A stretch of 64,000 nucleotides of DNA from contig JANJGN010000036.1 of the NCBI GenBank assembly GCA_026770705.1, positions 3,472,001-3,536,000 of the forward strand. Direction: 5' to 3'. Shown piece by piece: positions 36,773 to 47,699 of the stretch. The stretch is from Isurus oxyrinchus (taxonomy: Eukaryota). Within the stretch, counting starts at the first letter, position 1. The number at the start of each line of letters is the position of its first letter. Below the pieces are notes generated by a model. It was not told the DNA's origin. It made no database searches and saw nothing but the letters and a program-made list of their open reading frames with translations. The translations under genes were made by a program, and so were the position numbers.

Positions 36773-37550
36773 TTAGTGTATCTCAGGCAGTTTTGTCTCA
36801 GGTAAAAACAAAGAGAACTGCGGATGCTGAAAATCCAAAACAAAAACAGAATTACCTGGAAAAACTCAGCAGGTCTGGCAGCATCGGCGGAGAAGAGAAG
36901 AGTTGACGTTTCGAGTCTTCATGACCCTTCGACAGAACTTGGACCTTTGTCTCAGGCTCCGGCGGTTCAGATTCTCTCGCTTGGAACTACCAACAATGAG
37001 CATTGTGAGACGGCTTAGTTGGCGGTGCTGGGGTGGGGACGGTGCTGGGGAGAGGGAGGGGGCGGGGGCGATGCTGCGGAGGGTGCGGGGGCAGTGCTAA
37101 GGAGGGGGAGGGGGCGGGGGCGGTGCTGGTGTGGGGGAGGGGCGGGTGCGGTCCCCTGCTATAAACCTGTTCCATTTGCCACTGGTTAATACCGTGACAG
37201 AATATAATCATCTAACAAGGGTATTTTCGGGGGAAGTTAGCGGCACAGGCAGTCTCTATTCTCTGATCATGTGCCTATGTATTTCTGTGCCCTTACTCCA
37301 TTCTCATGTATCTCATCGTTTCAGTGTTTAGCTTTCTGAATTTTTAAGTCTAACCGTCTGTTTGGCGTAAAAGCGAATGGAGGGATATATGTTGTTTTGA
37401 CATTTCAATGATTAAATTAAAACTTAATTTTCTGTTTACCAATTTCTCTCCCGATTCCTCTATATCATCACGTACACTCCATTGAGCTTCCAGCATAGAA
37501 GCAGTGCATTCGGCCCTTTTACTTGATGCTGGTGTTGCTGTTCCACACGA
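36773..37550 (+). pseudogene. Gene C: decayed third VJ-C1 paralog (V-exon relic, C exon deleted, possible TM relic)
   Basis: Acceptor CTCTCAG, then VSVSQAVLSQ[insertion]APAVQILSLG (gene A: VIVSHRLLSQSPPVQTVTAG). Further on LVNTVTEYNHLTRVFSGEVSGTGSLYSLI (gene A: LVYTAHKLIPADGRFSREISDKTGYYSLVI), then MYFCA at 37277-37291. 37306-37365 matches the gene A post-C intron at 30791-30846. Confidence 0.7.
36803..36945. mobile_element. Short Penelope-type repeat insertion with 11-bp TSD, inside gene C V exon
   Basis: TTTGTCTCAGG at 36792-36802 and 36946-36956. Same family as 31223-31369, in the opposite orientation. Confidence 0.8.
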
Positions 37551-37609
37551 ACCTCCTCCCACCTCTTCATCTCCCCCCATAAACATATTCTACTACTCCA
37601 TTCCCACTC

Positions 37610-37930
37610 AGCAAATGATCTCAACCACTCCCTGTGGGAGCGAGTTCCACATTCTCCCCGCTCTCTGGGTTGAAAGATTTCTCCTGAATACGCGATTGCA
37701 ATTATTGGTGATTACCTGATTTGATGGCTTCGAGCTCTGGACTCCCTCAACAAGCGCAAACACCTTGTCTACGCCTGTGTGAAAAATCATTTCATAATCT
37801 CAAATTTCTCAGGTCACTCCCCAGTCTTCTCTTTTCTTGAGAATTGAAGACAACTTGTTCAAATTTTCCTGACAGTTGCAGCCTCTGAGTTTGGAATCAT
37901 TACAGTAAACTTTTTTTTCACCTTCCCATG
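37610..37930 (-). mobile_element. Decayed CR1 3' fragment
   Basis: Minus ORF segment RRNLSTQRAGRMWNSLPQGVVE matches the CR1 ORF2 C-terminal WNSLP motif. Confidence 0.6.
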
Positions 37931-38829
37931 TTTCTCTACATTCTTTTTTTTTACATGATATAAGGACTAGATTCGTTCACAGCGACAGACGTGTGGTCAG
38001 CCGAATTTTTAATATCCATTTAGTATATTATTTTTCTTCTTTTCATGCTTATTGATGTAGACATGTCCGCACTCTGGGCCTCAGATTTTTCTGATCTTAT
38101 TAACCTATGGCACCAATTGCAATGATATTTGTGTCTGCACCTCAGAACCCTCTTCTCCTCTATTCAACTTAACTCTGATTTCCAGAGCGTGTGCAGCCGT
38201 CACCCCAGGCCTAAGCCCAACCCAAACCCCAATCTTTATCCTTCCAGGCAAAGCTGTCTCCATATAACTTTTCATCCAAGTCAAAGATATTCGCCGGATA
38301 ACTATAAACTTTCATGCGTGGTGGACAAACACTTAGCATCAATTATTATAAATGGGATTGGTGAGCATTTCTGAATATATGGGTTAGTTACGGACAGACA
38401 GCACCGATTTGTAAAAGTGTCGTCATGCTGAACTGGACAGTTAAAGAGAAAACAGTAGATGGAACGCGTATGGACCTCGAGCAGGTCTTCATGTGTCTCT
38501 CAGATATTTAATTGAAATAATAGCCCGTCCAGTGTGAAGGAGGTGGAGGAAGATCGATATAATCATAAATACAGAAAGGCAGAAATGAGTATTCCTCATG
38601 GTGAGGAACAGTTGGACGTGTTGCATTCCGGTTTGGTCTTTGGGATAAGTTTGGAATTGATGTAAGAACGTGGAGAGAGAGGTGGGTGAAGATATAAAAC
38701 CTTCGAGTTAATTTACCAAATACTCAGCAGAAACATGGAGAACTTCATTGCCTCAGTCTGGGCACGACACTGTGCTGGATATTGTTGAATATTTCCATCA
38801 TTTTATTTTGTTTTAATAAATGTGATTAT

Positions 38830-39190
38830 GCATCTATCGTTTGCTACCTGGCTTCTTTATGCTTATCTCTCTATCTATCTATCTATTTATCCTACTATCT
38901 GTGCAACTGTCTATGTATGTATGCATGTATGTATCTATCTATCTACCTGCCTGTCCCTCTCTCTACCTATCTGTCTATGTGCCTACCTGCCTGCCTGAAT
39001 ATCTTTCAGTCTACTTATCTAGCTTTCTATCTGTCTATTTATCTGTCTGCCTGTCTATCTATCTTGTCTATTTCTCTCTGTCTATCTCTATCTCTCTTTC
39101 TCTATCTATCTATCTATCCATCTATCTATATATATAAATAGCTTTATTTCTATCTATCCATCTATCTATCTATCCAATCTGTCTACCTGT
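38830..39190. repeat. (TCTA)n-type degenerate microsatellite
   Basis: Direct reading. Confidence 0.9.
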
Positions 39191-39203
39191 CGACTAAAGA
39201 ATC

Positions 39204-42200
39204 CTAATATTGTACAAAAAGCGAAGTGAAACCCGACAGGAGTTTGAGAACAAAATGTAGAGGTGAAAGTGCCTCGTACTGAAGGAAGAATATTTGCAAT
39301 GTGATCAGCTTCTATGCTTGCTAATGCCCATCTCAAGAGAATTTCTATTTCCCTTTGCCATGTTACTTTCATTCTGCTGGCAATCCAGTCCAACGCCCGA
39401 TCAGAGGGAGCTACCACACGGCCTGTTCACTGTTTCCTCATTCAGTTTTTTAATAGGATTCTTAGCTATGGAAATATCAACTGTGGGCAATGTTAGGAAT
39501 CCCCCGCCATTCCCCAACAGTTACAGTGTCTGTGTATGGGGTGTGCACATGTGCTCCACCCACACCCTCAGGGGAGCCCCATGAATCTTTTCGGCTTGGG
39601 TCATGCCCTTGGTCCCCCTGATGATTCTTAAAACCCAGATCCCATCATGTCAGAGAACATAATATAGCGCGTGACGAGCTTCAGCAAATATACCGACCAC
39701 AAATTCTACCTTGTCCATTGACCAGAGGTTGTCCCCATGTTCACAAATTGATGTTCAACCATGAAGCTGAGTCAATATTTAAAAGATGTGAGCGCTAGTT
39801 AAAGCGAAACTGTCTATTTCAGTCCTGACACACCAGGCTTGTTTCGGACAGCCTTTCCGCTCCCATCACAGGTGAAGTTCTGACATGTCCTGCTCAGCAC
39901 AGAACTCAGCGTCCTGCCCTTACCCCTAATCCTACTGGCTACTGACTGGGGCCTCAAAAATGTTGGCTGCTCTTGCCCATGGATCCCAAATCCCTGATCC
40001 AGAATACCCTACCTCGATGCTGAGTTTCAACAGCGCTCTTCCTACCAAGTGAACCACTTCCTTCTTCCTTAAGCACCATCCATCGCGAACGAGAGCACCC
40101 AAATTATTAACAAAACAAAGACTGCCTTCTGGACAAGTTCCATTGCTTTCCAATATTCCTGTGAATCGATCCGAGAACTCTTGCCAGTCCCTGACAATCA
40201 CGTTGTGCATGAACCGCTGACTATCACAGCGGCCTCCCACACCTACCAAACCATTAGTGTGTATTTTCCACTCCTCTCTCGGTGCAACATGTCCCTGCAA
40301 CATTCCACGCTCCATCCGCTGCAGCAGCGCCCCAAACCATGCAAGGGTCCACGCCCAAAGTGTCTGGGGAACTTCCAGACCTCCATCAGCTCCCAACTCA
40401 AGTCCCAAGTCAATGTCTTTGCCTCTCTTCAGGAGCGCACCGTGCTAGTATTCTTCACCATTTCTCTTCCCAGGGTCAGGCCTGAAGAATGGGATGTTTC
40501 ACGGTCATTCTCCGAGACTGGTGCGTAACTCTTTCGAGTACAAACCCGTTTCCATCTGTTTCAGATGAAGTTACATTGATTCATAGTTTGCCATTGTGAG
40601 ATTTGAACTCTAGATCTTGGGGTTACAAACCCAGTACCAAAACCACTTGGCTATTTAGGCCAAGCGAGAGTGGTGCGTAAGGCATCCTGTTCGCTGGGCG
40701 TTGTTGGGTGGGTGGATTAAATGATCGATTAAGACTACAGTAAGCCAATCAGTGTAATTTGATCGAAGAAGGATCTCGCCCAAATAAATAAAGATCTCTT
40801 GTTCAAAGGAGGATTATATTTTCAGCTGGTGTAGTAGATTGAAGGACTGCATCAGTTCGAGAAGCTGATTGAGTATGAAGAAGAGTATAATTTTGTGGCA
40901 TTTCATTATCTGAGGCAGTTGTATCAGGAAACTGAACAGAATTCCTGATCCGAATGAGCGTATGTTAGTGGGAGTACTGATCATTGTGAAATTGTACTGA
41001 GGTAGGGTTGCTAAGAGCACTGGAGGAAACTGACCCCTGTGATGATGTGGCACTGGGAATAATTGTCATTCTAGCATTGAACTAAGTGTGGGTCTCAACA
41101 GACGTGAAGCAAGTTAGTTACATGTTAAATCATTGTTTCAGGAAACTGAATGCCCTGGATATACTTTTTTATTTTGTTATCGATTAGAAAGGGGAAGGTT
41201 TTCACTGCTGGTTGATATTCGGTAATAAGTTCATCAATTGCAATTTTGATGCTGTTCTGTCCCCTAATCAAATGTGCTTTTAACTTTTGACGAACGGGTA
41301 AGCAGAAGAACAATGCTACTCTATTTAGTCCCTTTTTAAAATTATGTATTGTTCGTATAAGCAAAGTAATTCTAAAGACTGTTGTTGCTTTGATGCTTAT
41401 ACATCAGGCCACTAGCCCTGGCCCAGTGCAGAAAAGTCAGATAATTTAGGGTCAGGGGTGCTTAAGTATATTTTATTTCTACCACAGGGTTTAAACTGGG
41501 AACTTAATTATTTTAGATTTGTGACGGATTCGGTTGTTCAAAACCAATTCGTGTGTCTGTTTAAGAGTCTCCACACATGTAACCTGCTTGTCATCAGCTT
41601 GTAGCTCAGTGAGGTGTATCCTTCGGAGGAGACACTCGTAGAACGGAGGAACATAGGTTTCATGCTTTCCCAAGACAGGAAATAGCGAGAAAACAGTAAA
41701 AGTAACATTGGTAACCCGATAATAATGTAATAAATAGCACACTATGTCAATAAATATCACTTTCAAATATTAGGAAATAACTTAAAAGCCCATGTATTAG
41801 AAAGATCCAGTATCCCGACATTCTAGGTAAAGACGTTTCTCTGGAGTTCACTCTTGTATTCAATAGAGGCTCTCCTACATTAATTAACTGCACATTCCAT
41901 CTTTCTACCAAAGGGTAGTATTGTCCTCATATTTTCCCTCTCAATCCCCTTGACATTTTAAAGTTCTCCATTTGATTATTCCTCAATTGCCTGTTTTCAA
42001 GAGATTAGAGTCACAGCCAGTTAGTCCTCCTAACAGTTATCATCTCTCGGATATGATATTCTTCTTAAGAATAATATTTGCACATCTGTGAAGTTTCGAT
42101 CTTGATTTCATAATATGAAGGCCAGAAATGTTGACAGGACCCTTAATATAGTGTAGTTAGGGTTTCATAAATGATTAAATATAATCTTTCCGATTTTATT

Positions 42201-44070
42201 CTTCTTTGCCTGTTAATGAACCCCAGTTCTTTGATCAAAACTTCACTGTTTTGTTAGACATGATTTCTGACTTGAATCACTTGTGACTCTCTTCCACTAA
42301 AAACCTGTTCCTCGTTGTTTAGCTTATGATTTGTTTGCCTCATTTTCCCTTAAATATCTTCAAATTTGTATTATTCATTCTTTCAACTCTTATTTGAGAT
42401 CAATTGCTCCCTTTCAGGTTTCCCTTCGTTTTCTGCATCTGAATCCTCAACAACTGTTCATTATTCTTCAATTGGCCAAAGAGGCTTCTTGCCTTAGAAT
42501 TTCAAGTTGCTCTCTGGATGCCCATTGATATCTCGACTCATGCCAATCCGCCCTCTCTGCACCCAAGGCAACAAGCTGCCCTTAAGCTGCCATATGGCTG
42601 GATCTTTCCTGATCTACAACATTTGTCCTTTCCCAACCAGTTTCCCTCGACCATCTCTCATGCTTCCCTTTTGAGAGTCCCATTTGAAATGTATTATTTT
42701 GTTTTGGTTCCATCTACAACCCACTTTGGAAACCCTTTCCTTATTACTGGCTATGCATTGCTGAGGTTTCCTGCTTCAACCTTTGTTTTTCCAGCATTTT
42801 CATGACCTTATCTCTCCCACTCCCTTCTTAACCAGACCCAACCGTGTCCATTCTATTTCCAACATTGTTGCCCTCGCAGTCAAAACCTGCAGGTGGAGCG
42901 CTTGTCCAGAGAGATTTCTTTTCCACTCTGTCTTGACATCTTCTCTGTCAATAGAAGCTCTTGCAGATCTTTCCACACAATCAAATGATTCATTCCTCAG
43001 AAAGAGGGAGAGAGAGAGAGAAAATAAATTGATTACAAAATATCAAAAGATTCAGCTGACATTTGAATCAGCAAGATTCAGCAATCTGCATAGCAAGAGC
43101 CATAGCTCCATTTGTAATTTTCATACACCATCTCCTTGCACCTGCCAAATATGAGCAAATATCATCTCCCAATCTACATGTGTGTTCATCTAAACCTAAT
43201 ATTCCCTCAAATAAATTCTGGTCAATCACGAAATATTGTTGTCCATCTCTCAACGGGCATTGATTTCAAAGGCTTCCAACATCAGTCAAACTCCTTTGAA
43301 TACCTAAATATTTCTTGTCCTTCTCTCAAAGTATATTAATCGAAAACTGTTCTGTTAGCATGTAAACGCATGCAAATCCCTAACTATCCTTGTGCTTCCT
43401 CTTCACTCTACCTGCACCGGCTATTAAAGACTCTGAGATATTTGCGTTATTCTAATTCTCTCCCCCTGCGCAGCCCTTACCTTAATTGACCCAAGGTTGC
43501 CTCCCGTGCCTTTAGCTGCTTAGACACTAAGCTCTAGCATTAGTTTCCCAAACATCTCCGCATCCCTAAATCTCTTTCCTGTTCTAAGCTGTCCCTTTAA
43601 TTCTGGCTTTTATCAAGTTTCCAGTCATCGACCTAATATCAACTTGTGTAGTTCAATGTTAAGCGTTCAATAAAATTCTGTGAGAAATAATGTTTTCGCA
43701 AAGCGCCTAGGAACATTTGAACAGGGGAAGGCCATTCAGCCCGTCGAGCATGCACCACCAATCAAAGCGATCACAGCCGATCTAACACTTCAATGCCGTT
43801 TACCCACACTATCCCCATAGCTCTTTATATTATGGTTAATCATAAATCTATCAATCTGAGGGTGTTTTGCTGCTTTAAACACATTTTACAAATGTAAACT
43901 ATTGTTACCCTGACCGAACAAATTCTCAAAGTACCGGCACAATATGGAATGCATACAGATTGAACTCAATCTATGCTGTACCATCAATTCTCCTCATGGC
44001 AGGAACTGAATTATTTACATCAAGATTAAAGCTCCCTTTGCACCTCCCAGTCAAATGGCACGGGGAAAGA
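39204..44070 (+). repeat. Segmental duplication, copy 2
   Basis: Same order as copy 1. It lacks copy-1 segments ~2852-4410 and ~6200-6545 and has an extra SINE at 40529-40665. Confidence 0.9.
40529..40665 (-). mobile_element. Short tRNA-Thr(UGU)-like SINE with 15-bp TSD
   Basis: The minus strand reads TAGCCAAGTGG (A-box) ...TTGTAAC... GAGTTCAAATCTC (B-box). It is flanked by GAGACTGGTGCGTAA (40514-40528) and GAGAGTGGTGCGTAA (40666-40680) and is absent from duplication copy 1. Confidence 0.75.
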
Positions 44071-45730
44071 GTGTGGAGTAAATACAGAGATGCACACCTC
44101 AATCAAAACCAATGAAAGACTTCCATGAAATGTAAAAGTGCATGTGTTAACTGCAGTGTTTAATTCCTTGTACACGGTCACCTCTAAGCATTCCAATTAG
44201 ATACAGCACTATTAAAACACAGAGAATCCGCTCCACGCTCTCCTATTTAACACTAAATCTCAAAATGTACAGTGCAGGTTAGATGCATATTAATTATTCT
44301 TCTAAACTCTAAGATCGTAAAGCATAACATAAATACAGAATAATCTTCCCCAGAAATGTCACATCAACCATGGTCTGAGCAAGGGTTCAATTCTGATTTA
44401 AACTCCATTTGCATCATCCCATCAAATTATGCAAGAACAGGTGAAGCACAGGTTAGATACAGAGTAAAAATGCCTCTATACACTGCTTCACTAAACACTC
44501 CTGTGGAAGGTACAACAGGGGTAGGTTACAGAGTATATTCCCTCTATACACTGTTCAATAAAGCACCCCATGGACATTTAGCAGGGGTTAGACATAGCTT
44601 AGGTACAGAGGCACGTCTGTCCCTTCAAATGCTACCAGGAATGGTGCGGAACTGGATAGGTGCAGTGTAATGTTCCCTCCACACTGGATGACAATTACTA
44701 GGGCAAGTAAAACATGGCTTTGATGCAGTGCACAGTTCACTTTTAAATGTCACAACATCAAATCATGGACAGGTATAGCTTGATGATACATTGCTTGCAA
44801 GAGCTTCAGCACTTCCCCATTAAATTTAAGGCATGTGCAGCTGGGTACACATAGAAGTATAATGCCTCCTTCACAGTATCTCTGAAACATCTCAGGACAG
44901 GTGCAGCACCGCGTAGGCACACAGTAACGTTGTCTCTATTTTGTCCCATCAAACACCCAGTTCAGTTACAGAACAGGTTAGATGCAGAGTAAATTTCCTT
45001 GGATGCTCTTAGATCAGCTTCGTGGAAAATCAAGCAGCTCTTGGAAAGAGAATAAATCTCCTGCTGTACAGTCCCAACAAACAAAACCAAGGTGTGCTGA
45101 TCTAACACGGGTGGATAAAGAATAAAACTCACTTAACAATGTCACGTAAAACACTCCCAGGACAGGCAGAGCAAGAGGTTAGATACAGACTAAATCTCCC
45201 TCAACACTGCCCCCATCACTTCCCCAAGGACAGCTGCAGCACAGGGTTAGATAGAGAGTAAAACTCCCCCTGCACTGTCCCCATCAAACACTCACAGGGC
45301 AGGTATAGGACGGGGTTAGAAACAAAGTAAATCTCCCTCTACACTGTCCACATCAAACTCTCCCAGGGCATGTTAAGCACAGGGTTAGATACAGAGTAAT
45401 GCTTCTTCTACACTGCCCCCATCAAACACTTGCAGGGTAGATACAGCACGGGGTTAGATACAGAGCAAAGATCCCTCTACACTGCTCCATCAAATACTCC
45501 TGAGCAGTACAGTAGCGGTTAGATACAGATTACATCCTCGTCGACAATGCCCCATCGAACATCGATATGCTCGGGGCCAAACAGGTCAGATATAGAGACA
45601 AGTTCCCTGTACTCTGTCCCATGAAAAATGCCAGGACAATTACAGCATGCTTGAGACAAAGAATAAAGCAACCTCCATATTGTCCCAACAACATTCACAT
45701 GAATGGTCAAGAAGAGCTTCAGTGTAGGTT
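43880..45730. repeat. ~69-bp tandem satellite (GGGTTAGATACAGAGTAAATCTCCCTCTACACTGTCCCCATCAAACACTCCCAGG...)
   Basis: GGGTTAG recurs at 45244, 45313, 45382 and 45451 (period 69). Units degrade towards both ends. Confidence 0.85.
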
Positions 45731-46565
45731 AAGACTCACTCTCGATGAAGTACCACTCCAGGGCCAGCACTGGCTGGTTCCACGCTCCAGTCCGGTGAGG
45801 AGAACTTCGTAACCAGCTGTTTCACCAAATAGGTCCAATCTTAGACCCCGGGGATGTGCCCAGTCCCTGGTAATCAAAACAAGTGCTCATGACAGAGTCT
45901 TATAGCCCAAAGTGAGATCTTTGCCTGAGATAATTCCAATGTGGTTGGATGACTGTGTTTAGTGGACTTGAGTGGGTCTGGAAGCACTCCTGCTTCTGCT
46001 ATTTCATAAGAAGTGATGCAGAAACACTTGCCATCTCTCCAAACTGTCCTCAGCTCTTTTCAACTCCTGCAATTCTGAGGTGTGGAAATCACAACTGGCC
46101 TATGAAAAACCGTAAACTGTGTTAGAATAGAATTTGTCAGCCTTATTAATATATTTTTTCTGCCATATTGCCTCCTGCATGCGGTCCCCTACTTGTCCAC
46201 TCTCCCTACCGTGTAAAACATTGAAGTGAGCAGCTGGAGGCGTTTTGAAGATGCTTTTGAGATTCCCTACTGGGCATTGCACAGAGGGACAATGGCTTGA
46301 GTGAGGGGTGGTGGGGATGGAGATCTGGGGATATTATTATGCAGCGCTCTCAGTCTGGTCTCTGTAACGCCTCAGAGAATGCTTGATATGAAATGAGAAT
46401 TGTAAATCAAGCCAATGTATAAATGTATTGATGGCCCTCACTAAATTGAAAGAGAGTGAACTGTATTGCACTTGATGTCAATGTGGGAGCCATGTAGTGC
46501 ACCCTCACAGATTGCTTAAATAAAGCGTATTCTTTGGAAAGCTAGTTGCAGTTCCCAGCCTTGTC

Positions 46566-46725
46566 NNNNNNNNNNNNNNNNNNNNNNNNNNNNNNNNNNN
46601 NNNNNNNNNNNNNNNNNNNNNNNNNNNNNNNNNNNNNNNNNNNNNNNNNNNNNNNNNNNNNNNNNNNNNNNNNNNNNNNNNNNNNNNNNNNNNNNNNNNN
46701 NNNNNNNNNNNNNNNNNNNNNNNNN
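46566..46725. other. Assembly gap (N run)
   Basis: N bases. Confidence 1.
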
Positions 46726-47699
46726 GGGCACAGGCTTCTCAGGGATGAGCCTGGGCCAAAACCAATGCAGCTTGATCCAGAGCAGCTTGGTGAATGTACA
46801 TTGCAGCATTTCACCTGTCCTGTTCCTCCATCTGATCGCAGGGCATCTGCACTTTAATTCTTCCCCCCTCCCCCATCTCCAGCTCCTTGTGTCCAATGTT
46901 TTCAGTGTCTAAACTCCTGTCAGCCCTGATCTCACATCCCTGTCCTGAAACATGAAGCCTGTCGCAGTCTCAATTGCACCAATATGGTTTGAACTAGAAA
47001 GAGCTGCACTCACTGAGGGTGTCCAATGCACACAAGAGGTGTCTGGTCATAGGAAATGTAGTCAGTAACAAACACTTTTGGAAGAAAGTGATGAAGTTTG
47101 AACCTTATGGAATGTAATATAATCTTTACCTGGTTTAATCCAGTGGGAACAAGTTGTGTAAGCTGCTCTCTGCTGAATTTAAAGTTGCATCTCTCTCGGC
47201 TTCATTGTTCATGGGCTGTGAGGCTGGTGGAGGGTGGACTGGGGGATGGGAGAGACAGACAGAGAGATTGCCCTAGGCTAAAACATTTGCCTGGTGGGTT
47301 TCACCCTTCCCAGTCACATAGAGATCCCTGTTGGGCTGTTCCCCACCTTGGGTAGGGGTGTCTCAGGTGTAGAGAGCTGTAAGCTGGTTGGATGGGAGAG
47401 ATTTGGGCGGTGTGGTCTGTTTGAGAAACATATGGGGATATAAAATGTCTGGAGCATCCATTGTTTGTTCTCTCGACCCTGCAGCATGGGGTAAGTAACA
47501 TTGTCTGAGGTGAGGTTTGTATATCTGTCTGTCTGTCTGTCTGTTGCCTGAACTGAGTCCCAGCTCTGGTCTTTTAAACTCCTCACCGAGCCCAAACCCC
47601 CAGGCCCAGGGTCTCTCTCTGCACCATGGGAGGAGATGGAACGAGTATGGGCCCATCAAGGGAATTCAGAACCTGTATATTGGTGAGTATGAAACTCTT

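Noticed and set aside
39932-40408. 158-aa minus ORF partly conserved with ORF 2126..2422
   Set aside because: The similarity follows from the segmental duplication. The frames are broken differently in the two copies and I recognise no domain.
40590-40665. Functional tRNA-Thr gene
   Set aside because: The cloverleaf stems are degenerate, it carries an extra tail, and it is flanked by a TSD, so it is a SINE.
47433-47690. Plus-strand exon-like segments ending in GTAAGT / GTGAGT
   Set aside because: No recognisable protein in any frame and no convincing continuation.
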